Below, piece after piece: positions 30,058 to 40,047 of a stretch of 64,000 nucleotides of DNA. Made by a program: the position numbers and the translations under genes. The notes below the pieces were generated by a model. That model was not told where the DNA came from, did no database searches, and saw nothing but the letters and a program-made list of their open reading frames with translations. This DNA comes from Candidatus Hydrogenedentota bacterium (GTDB taxonomy: Bacteria; Hydrogenedentota; Hydrogenedentia; Hydrogenedentales; SLHB01): positions 352,001 through 416,000 of the forward strand of contig CAXXYE010000009.1 in assembly GCA_963674865.2 (NCBI GenBank), given 5' to 3'. Positions within the stretch are counted from its first letter, which is position 1; each line of letters begins with the position of its first letter.

Positions 30058-32133
30058 ATGAAACCAAAGAACCTGGTTCCGCTCGTTGTCATCTTAGTGA
30101 TTCTCATCGCACTGGTGATGGTAAAGAAGGCTAAAGAGCCCGCGCCCAACATCGTCAACGAGGTGCAACTGGCCCGGCTGATCCCGGAAGGCGTGAGCGC
30201 CCCGGATATCGTCAAACTCGAGCTGTTTGCCGGCGCCAAACCGGACGAAGGCGTTGTCCTCGCATGGGATGACGCCGCTTCCGGCTGGCGCGTGACGAGC
30301 AAGTACAACGCCCCGGTCGACGAAGAGAAGATCGACGAGTATCTCTCCGACTTGATCAAGTTGGGAGGCGAATACCGCGCCGCTCCCGAAACGGACGCGG
30401 ATCTCGAGCAGTACGACTTAACTGATTCGAGAGCCTTCCACGTCAAAGGTTTTGTGAAAGGCGACGATGCTCCCAAGTTCGAAGTCCTCGTGGGAAAGGC
30501 GCCGGATTATCGCACCACCTTCGTCCGCGCCGCCGCAGGGAAGGAAATCTATCTGAGCGATGTGAACCTCCGGCAGAAAGCCGGGATCTATGGCGATGAC
30601 ACGGAGAAGGCCCCCGAAGCCACGCCGTGGCTCGACAAGAACATCGTTGACCTCGAGAAAGACAAGATCAGCCGCATCGATCTTACCTACCCGGACAAGA
30701 GCGTCGTCTTCGAGAAGCGGGAGAAGGAAGCGGAACCGGAAGAGAAAGCCGGCGAACAGGCCGAGGAGCCTGATGAGGATGCTGAGGAAGCGCCCGCGCC
30801 TGAAAAGGAAAAGGAATACGAATGGGTCTTGGCCTCCGGCGCCCCCGCGCGATCCCACAAGCAGACGGGCCTGGATTCGCTGCTGCGCAAACTCGACTCC
30901 TTGACGGCCACGGATGTGGTTGACCCTGGCACGCCCGCCGAGTGGGGCCTCGAGCCGCCCGCGTTCAAGTGCGTTGTTGCGGCCGACAACCTTGACGAGG
31001 ACGTGGTAATCGAGGCAGGTAGGCCCGACGCGAGCGGCGATGGATACCTCCGCCTCGCCGGCGCCGAGGAGCCGGTAGTCTACAAGATCCCGAAGTACTC
31101 CTTCGATCAGCTCTTCCCCAAAGGAAGAGACTTGTGCGATCTCCCCGCGCTTTCGGTGGATCAGAAGGAGATCAAGCGCGTCGAATTGACACAGCCCGCG
31201 GGTGATGTCGTCCTCACCAAATCGGACGGCGAGTGGGCCGTCGAGAAGCCGCGTGCCGACCTGGCGCTCCAGGCCTCCACGCTGGATACGGTGGCGCGCA
31301 CCTTGGCCTCCTGGCAGCCTGCCGACTACGCCGGCCCGGACGCCGATACCGGCCTCGACGCAGCGACACGCCGCGTCTCCTTCATCGCAGGCGACGTCAC
31401 GCACACCATCGCCCTGGGCGCCCCGTCTCCCGTGACGGAAGGCGACTATGCCCGGTTGGATGACGATCCCGCCGCCCTCGTGATGGCCAAAATCGACAAG
31501 GACAAAGTGTTCGTCGCGCCGAAGGATCTCTACGAGCGCTCACTTCTGGACATCGACGAGATGGACATCACGGATGTCACCGTCAAGAGCGGCCGGAATA
31601 TATACACGTTGGCGCGCCGGGACGACGAGTGGGCCGAGATCGCCGCGAATCGCGAGGAAGGCGCATTATCCTTCGAGCGAGAGAAGGCCGACGCGTTCCC
31701 TGACGACGTGATCGAGGAATACGAAGGCGCCGCGGACTCGTTGACTGAGTGGATTGCTGATCTTCAGGCGAGCGATATCCTCTTCGATGGGACCACCATG
31801 CAGGGCGAGCCCTTCATGGCCATTACTTTCACGTTGGCGGACGGCGCCAAACACGAGATCGCTATCGGCCCCGAATCCGATGGATCGCATCTGCTGAAGG
31901 TGTCCGGCAAGAAAGAGATGTTCAAGCTCGACCACGCCGACGTGGAAACGGTGCTGGACGAACTGGCGCTGTTCAAGGCGCCTGCCCCTGAGCCCGAACC
32001 GGCGACTTCGGGCGAAGGCGAGGAATCCCAGCAGGGCGATGACGGCACATCCGAGGCGGCGATTGCACCCCCGGCGGGCGAGGAAACGGATGCAGCTATG
32101 ACGGCCGTCGAGGCGGTTCCTGAGGCGGAGTAA
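30058..32133 (+). CDS. Membrane-anchored protein with tandem DUF4340-like domains
   Basis: N-terminal TM, repeated W...P/D...L..L...(Y/W)GL..P...G...Y pattern; usual position after gldFG-like genes. Confidence 0.75.
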   Translation: MKPKNLVPLVVILVILIALVMVKKAKEPAPNIVNEVQLARLIPEGVSAPDIVKLELFAGAKPDEGVVLAWDDAASGWRVTSKYNAPVDEEKIDEYLSDLIKLGGEYRAAPETDADLEQYDLTDSRAFHVKGFVKGDDAPKFEVLVGKAPDYRTTFVRAAAGKEIYLSDVNLRQKAGIYGDDTEKAPEATPWLDKNIVDLEKDKISRIDLTYPDKSVVFEKREKEAEPEEKAGEQAEEPDEDAEEAPAPEKEKEYEWVLASGAPARSHKQTGLDSLLRKLDSLTATDVVDPGTPAEWGLEPPAFKCVVAADNLDEDVVIEAGRPDASGDGYLRLAGAEEPVVYKIPKYSFDQLFPKGRDLCDLPALSVDQKEIKRVELTQPAGDVVLTKSDGEWAVEKPRADLALQASTLDTVARTLASWQPADYAGPDADTGLDAATRRVSFIAGDVTHTIALGAPSPVTEGDYARLDDDPAALVMAKIDKDKVFVAPKDLYERSLLDIDEMDITDVTVKSGRNIYTLARRDDEWAEIAANREEGALSFEREKADAFPDDVIEEYEGAADSLTEWIADLQASDILFDGTTMQGEPFMAITFTLADGAKHEIAIGPESDGSHLLKVSGKKEMFKLDHADVETVLDELALFKAPAPEPEPATSGEGEESQQGDDGTSEAAIAPPAGEETDAAMTAVEAVPEAE

Positions 32134-32170
32134 GATCCGAACCGGATGGCCAATCCCGGAGGGCCGGCCC

Positions 32171-33289
32171 ATGCGTACACGAGTTGTTGGTGCATCCTTG
32201 GCTGTCTTGACCCTTGCTTGGGCCATGCCATGCGACGCCCAGCCCGACGTCGACGAATCGCGCAGGAACGCCATTGTCCGCGCCATCGAGCGTGCCGCCC
32301 CGGCCGTCGTCTCCGTCAACGTCGTCCAACTCGAAGCGCAACCCGTCCGCGCCCCCTTTGAGCAGCTCTTCCGCGACTTCTTCTACGATGCGCGCCGCCG
32401 CTACCGCGTTCGCGAACGCCGGGTCGATTCCGTGGGCAGCGGATTCATCTTCGACGCCGAAGGCCACATCATCACCAACACGCACGTCATCGAGGACGCC
32501 GAACGCGTGTCCTCCGTCACGTTGCCCGACGGGCGCACCCTCGATGCGGAACTCGTCGGCACCGACCCGCGCACGGATATCACGGTGCTGAAGGTGGGCG
32601 GCGCAAATCTTCCCCACGTGCCGCTGGGCGATTCGGATGCCCTCATGACGGGCGAGTGGGCCATTGCCATTGGCAACCCCTTTGGTATGCTCATGGCCGA
32701 TGCGCAGCCCACGGCGAGCGTTGGCGTGATCTCCGCCAATCATCGACGCGTGAACCCATCCGTCGGCGGCGGCGAGCGCCTGTACCAAGACATGATCCAG
32801 ACGGACGCCGCCATTAACCCCGGCAACAGCGGCGGCCCACTGGTAAACGCACGCGGCGAAGCCGTGGGCGTCAACACTATGATCTTCAGCAAGAGCGGTG
32901 GCAACATCGGCCTGGGATTCGCGATCCCCATCAACCGCGTCCGCCGCGTTGCCGAGGAAATCATCCGCTATGGCCGCCGCCGCGACCCGTGGCCCGGATT
33001 CGAGGTCGCCGACGTACAATCGCGCAACAAGAGAGCTCTCCAGGAACTCGGGATCACCGCCGAGACAGGATGCCTCGTCGTGAGCATGCTGTCCGACTCC
33101 CCCGCCTACGAGGCAGGCCTTAGGCCGGGTGATGTGATTCAGAGTGTCAACGGCCAGCCCATCAACGCCGGCCCCGACCTTGATTTCGCCATTTGGAGTC
33201 TGTTCATCGGGGATAAGGTCGATCTCGAACTCGACCGCAAAGGCGCACCTCTCACCCTCACGTTCCCCATTCAGGAACTGGCGACATAA
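32171..33289 (+). CDS. HtrA/DegP-family serine protease with one PDZ domain
   Basis: Signal peptide, GSGFI, TNTHV, TDITVLK, IQTDAAINPGNSGGPL, C-terminal PDZ. Confidence 0.94.
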   Translation: MRTRVVGASLAVLTLAWAMPCDAQPDVDESRRNAIVRAIERAAPAVVSVNVVQLEAQPVRAPFEQLFRDFFYDARRRYRVRERRVDSVGSGFIFDAEGHIITNTHVIEDAERVSSVTLPDGRTLDAELVGTDPRTDITVLKVGGANLPHVPLGDSDALMTGEWAIAIGNPFGMLMADAQPTASVGVISANHRRVNPSVGGGERLYQDMIQTDAAINPGNSGGPLVNARGEAVGVNTMIFSKSGGNIGLGFAIPINRVRRVAEEIIRYGRRRDPWPGFEVADVQSRNKRALQELGITAETGCLVVSMLSDSPAYEAGLRPGDVIQSVNGQPINAGPDLDFAIWSLFIGDKVDLELDRKGAPLTLTFPIQELAT

Positions 33290-33353
33290 CCGCGGCCGCT
33301 CAACGGCGCCCTCCCCCTCCCGCTCCCCCGGAGAGCGGCCGCGCGTCGCCGAC

Positions 33354-34454
33354 TCAAGAATACTCCCTGACGGCGTCCATGGTGCGGTTCGCGGCGTCTG
33401 TGTCGGGCGCCCCTCCCACGTGGTAAAGTACACCCCCAACCAGGGAGTGCTTTTCCAGAGCAGCGACGAACTCCCCGTAGCCACAGTGGCACACCAGGGG
33501 CAGGTCGCCGACGCGGGCGCGCAGTGCGGGAAGTACCTCAAAGGCGCGGGGATAACCGCGGTCATCGCCGAGCCACAAGGCCTTCAGGCCGCGTATCGAA
33601 GCGGCGGCTTCGAGCAGGTGACGGCCGTTGCCGTGGATATGCACCACTCCGCCGTCGAAATGGGCGAGAATGCGCTCGAAGGGCGCGCGTCCCCAGCGCT
33701 CGAAATCATCCACGGACGTCATGTGGAACGGATCGATGCTCTCGCTCACAACGCGCCCCGGCGCCCATTGCACCATATTGCTGCACGTGCCGCCTTCCAC
33801 CATGACGCCGGCGCCGAAGAAAGCTTCCTGCACGGCAACGTTTAGGTCGTAGGCGAAGTCGATGGCTCGCCCGACGAGGTCCGGATTCTCGATAGTCTCA
33901 AGATAGGTACGTGTGGCGCCAAAAAGCTCGAAGAGGAAGTTGAGCCCATCGATCAGAATGAAGTGGCTCACGCCAAACCTCCCTGCGGCGGCCGCGAGGT
34001 ACACGTCGAGCTGCCGTCGAAACCGCTTGAAGATGGACGCCTCCGCATCGATTGCCAGGGCGTCGAAACCGGCCCAGTCCTCGACAAGGGGGGCGACCAT
34101 CGACGAAATCCACCCGTTTTCCGGATGCGCCATGTACTGGACCTTGCCCCCGAGCATGCCCCCGTAAAGGCCCTGGTCGCACTCGCTCAGATAGGCCGAA
34201 GGAACACTGTCGTCGAACACGCGCGCCTTCCGGCGAAGGTGCGCTTCCCAGAACGCAACACGCTCGCCGAGGTCCGGGCAATCGCAGTAGCCCTCCGCGT
34301 ACTTGGCGGCGAACTCGTCGAGCGCAGCGCTCGGCGTGTCCATTACGGCGAACACCCGATCCGTGCCTTGCCGTTCGAGGAGCACCGTCAGCCGCTGCTT
34401 CACGGCCTCAAAATCCGCGCAATAGGCGAGGTGCGAGGTGCCTGCGTTATTCAT
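33354..34454 (-). CDS. Hypothetical protein, probable UroD/MtaA-like TIM barrel
   Basis: L..L.G....Y....E.P...., MTSVDDFERWG.P, HIHG pattern typical of this superfamily. Confidence 0.6.
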   Translation of the reverse strand: MNNAGTSHLAYCADFEAVKQRLTVLLERQGTDRVFAVMDTPSAALDEFAAKYAEGYCDCPDLGERVAFWEAHLRRKARVFDDSVPSAYLSECDQGLYGGMLGGKVQYMAHPENGWISSMVAPLVEDWAGFDALAIDAEASIFKRFRRQLDVYLAAAAGRFGVSHFILIDGLNFLFELFGATRTYLETIENPDLVGRAIDFAYDLNVAVQEAFFGAGVMVEGGTCSNMVQWAPGRVVSESIDPFHMTSVDDFERWGRAPFERILAHFDGGVVHIHGNGRHLLEAAASIRGLKALWLGDDRGYPRAFEVLPALRARVGDLPLVCHCGYGEFVAALEKHSLVGGVLYHVGGAPDTDAANRTMDAVREYS

Positions 34455-35017
34455 GGAGTTTTCCTCACCGTGTCGATGCCCGGCTGCCCCGCCAGATAGG
34501 GCGTCGGGTCGATGGCCTGGCCATTCCGCCGCACCTCATAGTGGAGGTGGAAGCCGGTAGCTCGGCCCGTGCGGCCCACGGCGCCGATCACCTGGCCGCG
34601 CTTCACGCGCTTTCCCGGCTTCGTCTTGACGCGAGCGAGGTGGGCGTAGCGTGTCTCATAGCCGCCGCCATGATCGATCACGACGCACTTGCCGTACCTG
34701 CCGCTTGCCCGGCCCGCGGCGACAACCTTCCCAGCCGCCGTGGCGTAGACGGGCGATTTACGGCGCGCCGGAATGTCCACCCCCGCGTGAAAGCGCCGCT
34801 CCCCGGTGAACGGGTCGCTTCGGTAGCCGAAGGGAGAGGAGATGGCCGGATGAGAAGAGATGATTGGCCAACCGGCTGCTACGCAATGGGATAAAGCGGG
34901 CTCGCGACCCGTGGCGCATCCGGCGCAAAGCATGGCCGACACCGCAGCAAACACGGCCCAGAACACCGCCCTAGATGTGGGCCGCTTGTGCGAACACAGC
35001 TCTTGAATGGCTACCAC
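34451..35017 (-). CDS. M23 family metallopeptidase (probable lipoprotein)
   Basis: SSPFGYR, HAGVD, YAHL, TGRATGFHLHYEV; LCAGC lipobox-like; start uncertain. Confidence 0.88.
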   Translation of the reverse strand: MVAIQELCSHKRPTSRAVFWAVFAAVSAMLCAGCATGREPALSHCVAAGWPIISSHPAISSPFGYRSDPFTGERRFHAGVDIPARRKSPVYATAAGKVVAAGRASGRYGKCVVIDHGGGYETRYAHLARVKTKPGKRVKRGQVIGAVGRTGRATGFHLHYEVRRNGQAIDPTPYLAGQPGIDTVRKTP

Positions 35018-35180
35018 GTCGCCTCGCTCCCGCAAGTCATCGAGGCCATTATGAGTGAAACGGACCCCGTCCGCAATGAAGCCTGAGCCCAGCAAGGTTG
35101 ATATCCGGCGACTTGGCCGCTAGTATTTGCCCGCCCTGGCTGCACAGGCGCACAAAAGAAGCCGAATTCACGGAAGTCCC

Positions 35181-36137
35181 ATGACTGTTCACGCTGGCCA
35201 ACACATCCCCGATGAGGATGCAACCGCTCGAAGCGAGTGGCGCGAGGCACGGCGCGCCAAGGAAGAATGGCGCGATCGCCTGCTCCAAGAGCGCGGCCGG
35301 CCCGGTGGCGACCCCCATATTCCAAGGGGGCTCTACGGACTACTATCGCTGAGTCTGCGCCTCGGTGGACTGCAGGCCCGCGGCGAGCAAAACGCCAATT
35401 CCCCGGTTCTTAGAGAGTTATCTTTTACTTTCGACCGCCTGCCCCATGCCTTCGACGGCTATTCGATCCTTCACCTCTCTGACCTGCATTTCAACCACCG
35501 GCCCGGCTTCCTGGAGGCCGTGTGCCGGCTGGTGCAGGGAGTCGAAGTCGACCTCTGCGCCGTGACAGGCGACTTCCGCTTCGGCTGGAAAGGCCCCACC
35601 GACAAGGTATGCGAGAACATCCAACGCCTCATGGCCCAGGTAACCTCCCGCGACGGTTTCCTCGGTGTGCTCGGCAATCACGATGACATGGCGTTCGACG
35701 AGCCTTTCAGCCGAATCGGATTGCGCCTTCTTTTCAACGAGTCCGTCTGCATCGAGCGCGGCGACGCCCGGCTCTGGGTGGCAGGGGTCGATGATCCGCA
35801 CTTTTACCGCTGCGCCGACGTGGCGCTGGCGACCCGGCCCATACCGGAAGACGCCTTCCGCGTCCTGTTGGCCCACTCGCCTGAAGTGATCACCCAAGCC
35901 GACGCGCACCACGTCAACCTCTACCTGTGTGGCCACACCCACGGAGGCCAGGTTTGCCTCCCCGGCGGACGGCCCCCCATGGTGAATGCCCGCTGCCGCC
36001 GCAAATTCACCCGGGGCATCTGGCGCTATGGCGGGGTGCAGGGATACACCTCCGCCGGCCTCGGAACAACCGAAGTGCCCGTACGCTTCAACTGCCCGCC
36101 CGAAGCCGCCATCATTCGCCTTCATCGCGCTTCCTGA
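35181..36137 (+). CDS. Metallophosphoesterase (YkuE-like)
   Basis: SDLH, TGD, GNHD, LAH, GHTHGGQ motifs. Confidence 0.9.
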   Translation: MTVHAGQHIPDEDATARSEWREARRAKEEWRDRLLQERGRPGGDPHIPRGLYGLLSLSLRLGGLQARGEQNANSPVLRELSFTFDRLPHAFDGYSILHLSDLHFNHRPGFLEAVCRLVQGVEVDLCAVTGDFRFGWKGPTDKVCENIQRLMAQVTSRDGFLGVLGNHDDMAFDEPFSRIGLRLLFNESVCIERGDARLWVAGVDDPHFYRCADVALATRPIPEDAFRVLLAHSPEVITQADAHHVNLYLCGHTHGGQVCLPGGRPPMVNARCRRKFTRGIWRYGGVQGYTSAGLGTTEVPVRFNCPPEAAIIRLHRAS

Positions 36138-36258
36138 GCAGGCCACCAAACGGCCATCACCATCCCTTCGACACCACCCAAGCCTTGTGTTTTATTCATT
36201 TTACAGCGCGGGATTCATTTTGGTACAATATAGAAAATGGCACATGCGGAGAGTTTCG

Positions 36259-37647
36259 ATGCGAAACACTGCAGGGCGGGCAAGATTCGCGGTTCTAATT
36301 GCGAGCAGTGACGTGCCCTACGCCACGGCACTGGTCCGCTATATGGAAATCGAAGGATATGACCTGACCCAGTGCCATGATGCCAAAGGGGTGCTTCGCC
36401 TTGTACGGCGGCAGGACTTCGATGTCGTCGTGCTCGACCTCGACCTCGCCAAAGAGGGCGGCGTCGACCTCGTGTCATTCATCCGCCGGCAGAGCGTGGG
36501 AACCCTGGTCATTCTCCTCTTCGATATTCGCGACATCGACCGCGCCGTCGAGGCGATCCGACAAGGGGCGTTCTTCTATCTCCCGAAGGAAGTTGCCCCA
36601 TCAGACGTGGGACTGCTGGTCGAGAAGGCCGTCCAGAGCATTCAGCAAAAGGAGGCCGTCGGCGAATACGAGCAGCGGCTATTCGAAGAGATGGCCGGCA
36701 GCGCTCCCGCAATGAAGCGCGTGACGGAGCTGATCACCAAGGTCGCGCCCACGGACAGCACCGTCCTCCTGCTCGGCGAAAGCGGAACCGGCAAGGAGGT
36801 ATTGGCGAACGCCATCCACCGCCTCAGCCCCCGCCGTGAAATGCCTTTTGTGGCCGTTAACTGCGCCGCCCTGCCGGAAAACTTGCTCGAGAGCGAGCTT
36901 TTTGGGCATGAGAAGGGAGCCTTCACGGGGGCCGACGCCGACAAGCAGGGCCTGTTCGAGGCGGGCGACGGGGGAACCGTCTTCCTCGACGAGATTGGCG
37001 ACATGGCCCTCACAACACAGGCAAAGTTGCTCCGCGTTCTTCAGAACGGGGAGATTAGAAGAGTCGGCTCGACGACCCCCGGCAAGGTGGACGTGCGCGT
37101 AATAGCCGCCACAAACCGGGACCTTATCGAGGCCGTCGGAAACAAGACATTCCGCGAGGACCTCTACTTCAGACTCAACGTTGTGCAGATCCGAATTCCC
37201 CCCCTTCGCGAGCGCATGGACGCGCTGCCGAGGCTGGTCGAGCATTTCATCCAGCGACACAACGCGAGATTCGGGAAACACGTTCGCGGCCTGGATGACG
37301 CCGCGCAGGCCCTCTTGCGCGACTACTCCTATCCGGGCAACGTCAGAGAACTCGAGAGCATCATCGCCCACGGCGTGATCATGAGCGACGGCGACTTCAT
37401 CCAGCCCAAAGACCTGCCGCAACAGGTACACGCAGGACGCGTGAATCGCTTGGCCTTGCCCGGATACAGCGCGGACGTCCCCAGCCTGGATGAAATGACG
37501 CGGGATCTCATTGCCAGCGCGTTGGACGCCTACGCCGGCAATCAGACGGAGGTTGCCAAGCGGCTGGGGATTTCACGCTCCACCCTTTGGCGCAAGATGA
37601 AGGAATACGGAATAGCTCCCAAGCAAACGCCCGGCGACAGCGTCTAG
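36259..37647 (+). CDS. sigma-54-dependent Fis/NtrC-family activator with atypical receiver domain
   Basis: GESGTGKE, ESELFGHEKGAFTGA, FLDEIG, FREDLYFRL, YPGNVREL, C-terminal HTH. Confidence 0.93.
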   Translation: MRNTAGRARFAVLIASSDVPYATALVRYMEIEGYDLTQCHDAKGVLRLVRRQDFDVVVLDLDLAKEGGVDLVSFIRRQSVGTLVILLFDIRDIDRAVEAIRQGAFFYLPKEVAPSDVGLLVEKAVQSIQQKEAVGEYEQRLFEEMAGSAPAMKRVTELITKVAPTDSTVLLLGESGTGKEVLANAIHRLSPRREMPFVAVNCAALPENLLESELFGHEKGAFTGADADKQGLFEAGDGGTVFLDEIGDMALTTQAKLLRVLQNGEIRRVGSTTPGKVDVRVIAATNRDLIEAVGNKTFREDLYFRLNVVQIRIPPLRERMDALPRLVEHFIQRHNARFGKHVRGLDDAAQALLRDYSYPGNVRELESIIAHGVIMSDGDFIQPKDLPQQVHAGRVNRLALPGYSADVPSLDEMTRDLIASALDAYAGNQTEVAKRLGISRSTLWRKMKEYGIAPKQTPGDSV

Positions 37648-37837
37648 CCGGCGGCAAGCCGCTATCGCCGAAGCGTTCTTTTCCTGTGCCAGACGGCATG
37701 CTATACTACAACCGTTCTTGGTGAACCAAACACCCGGCGCGGCTATTGTTGTGTGCGGGACCTGACCGCCGCCAATGGGCCGCTTCCGGCGCTTGTTTCT
37801 CACGCTCGCGGCAAACAAAAAGGATGCTGGTAACGCT

Positions 37838-39247
37838 ATGGTGACAGCCCCGCAGAAAGGCCGGTCCGGAGGCCATGCCGACGGAAGCGGCAAGAAACGC
37901 ATCGGCGAATTGCTGATAGAAGAAGGACTGATCACATCCGAGGCGCTCAAGGAGGCTCTTGCCGTTCAGGGCAAAGAGGGCGGCAAGACCGTCGAGATCC
38001 TTATTTCCCTCGGGCACCTCACCTCTCGGGATTTTGTGAATTTTCTGGCCAAGCAAGAAGGCGTCGCCAGCATCGACCTGGGCCATTACGAGATCGCCCC
38101 GGACATCATCGGCCTCGTACCAAAGGATCTCGCCGTCAAGCACGAGGTCATTCCTATCGACAAACTGGGGAAGCTGCTGACGGTGGGGATGACGTGTCCT
38201 CTGGACTCTGCCACCATCGAACACATCTCGGAGGCCACCGGCCTTCGTGTCAAAGCCATGCTGTGCTCGCCGGGCGATGTTCGAGCGGCTTTGAGGCGGT
38301 ACTACCGCGTCGGCGAGGAGGAGGCTGAGTTCAAGCTCGATGAGACGCGCGCCGGCGCCGCCCCGGCCCGTCCGGAGCCTGATTCAGCGACGGACCTGAT
38401 TCCCTCGCTGCAATTGGCCAGCGCCGTCCGCCTCATGCGCCAGATCGATTCGCTTCCGGGAATGCCCTCCACCGTACAGCGCGTCCAGGCGCTGCTGGAG
38501 AATCCCGAGAGTTCCGTGAAGGAAGTCGCCGAGGTCATCAACATGGATCCATCCATCGCCGCGAAGATCCTCAGCGTCGCGAATTCAGCCGCCTATGGCT
38601 TTCCGAACCGCGTGGATACCGTCCAGTTGGCCGTAACGCTCCTCGGCGTTCGTGAAACCTACAGCGTCGTCCTGTCCTGCGCCGTGGTGGACCTGTTCGA
38701 CAAGTCCAAATTATTCGATTACGCCGCGTTCTGGCGCGACTCCACCTTCTGCGCCCTTGCCGCCCAGGCCATCGCAAAGACCTCGTCCCAGCCTCAGAAG
38801 ACCGGCGTCTTTTCGGCCGGCCTGCTGCACGATTTGGGCCGCGTCGCGCTGGCCGAAGTTGTGCCGGAGCGCTACGCACGCGTCAACGCCGACCTCGTCG
38901 GAGCCGACCTCATTGCCGCGGAAGAAGAGGTGTTCGGTGTGGCCCATCCCGAGGCGGGATACGAATTGGCCTGTCACTGGGGACTTCCCGAAGACATTGC
39001 CGAGGCTATCCGGTTCCACCACACGCCCCAGCATGCCGCAAAGGGCAAGGCCATGGTGGCCATGGTGGCCATCGCCAACATCATGGCGGAGGTTTACCGC
39101 CCGGGCAGCGATGAGGCCCAGGAACCCAACTTCGACGAATGCCGCGATAGTCTGGAATGCCTCGGCATCGATGAAGCATCGATGAAGGAGCTTTTCGGCG
39201 CCTTGCCGCCTCCCCAGGAGTATGAATCGCTCTGGCAATCGGAGTAA
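37838..39247 (+). CDS. MshEN (GspE-N) domain + HDOD domain protein
   Basis: RIGELLIEEGLITSEALKEALAVQ; HDOD motifs DPSIAAKILSVANSA, GLLHDLG, HPEAG, WGLP..IAEAIRFHH. Confidence 0.88.
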   Translation: MVTAPQKGRSGGHADGSGKKRIGELLIEEGLITSEALKEALAVQGKEGGKTVEILISLGHLTSRDFVNFLAKQEGVASIDLGHYEIAPDIIGLVPKDLAVKHEVIPIDKLGKLLTVGMTCPLDSATIEHISEATGLRVKAMLCSPGDVRAALRRYYRVGEEEAEFKLDETRAGAAPARPEPDSATDLIPSLQLASAVRLMRQIDSLPGMPSTVQRVQALLENPESSVKEVAEVINMDPSIAAKILSVANSAAYGFPNRVDTVQLAVTLLGVRETYSVVLSCAVVDLFDKSKLFDYAAFWRDSTFCALAAQAIAKTSSQPQKTGVFSAGLLHDLGRVALAEVVPERYARVNADLVGADLIAAEEEVFGVAHPEAGYELACHWGLPEDIAEAIRFHHTPQHAAKGKAMVAMVAIANIMAEVYRPGSDEAQEPNFDECRDSLECLGIDEASMKELFGALPPPQEYESLWQSE

Positions 39248-39391
39248 GTCCGCCCGAGGACGCCTCGTGCGCTCTGTCATCCACCCCCCTGCCTCCAGGC
39301 CCGCTCATGTGAAACACAAGATGCCCCTCGCCGAAAACGCCGGAAAAGCTACTGCGTTGTAGGAATTCGCTAATTCCCTACCATATCGTAG

Positions 39392-40006
<615 letters not shown>

Positions 40007-40047
40007 GGCAGGCCGCGGCAGCAAATTGGAAAGGAGACATTCGCAAA

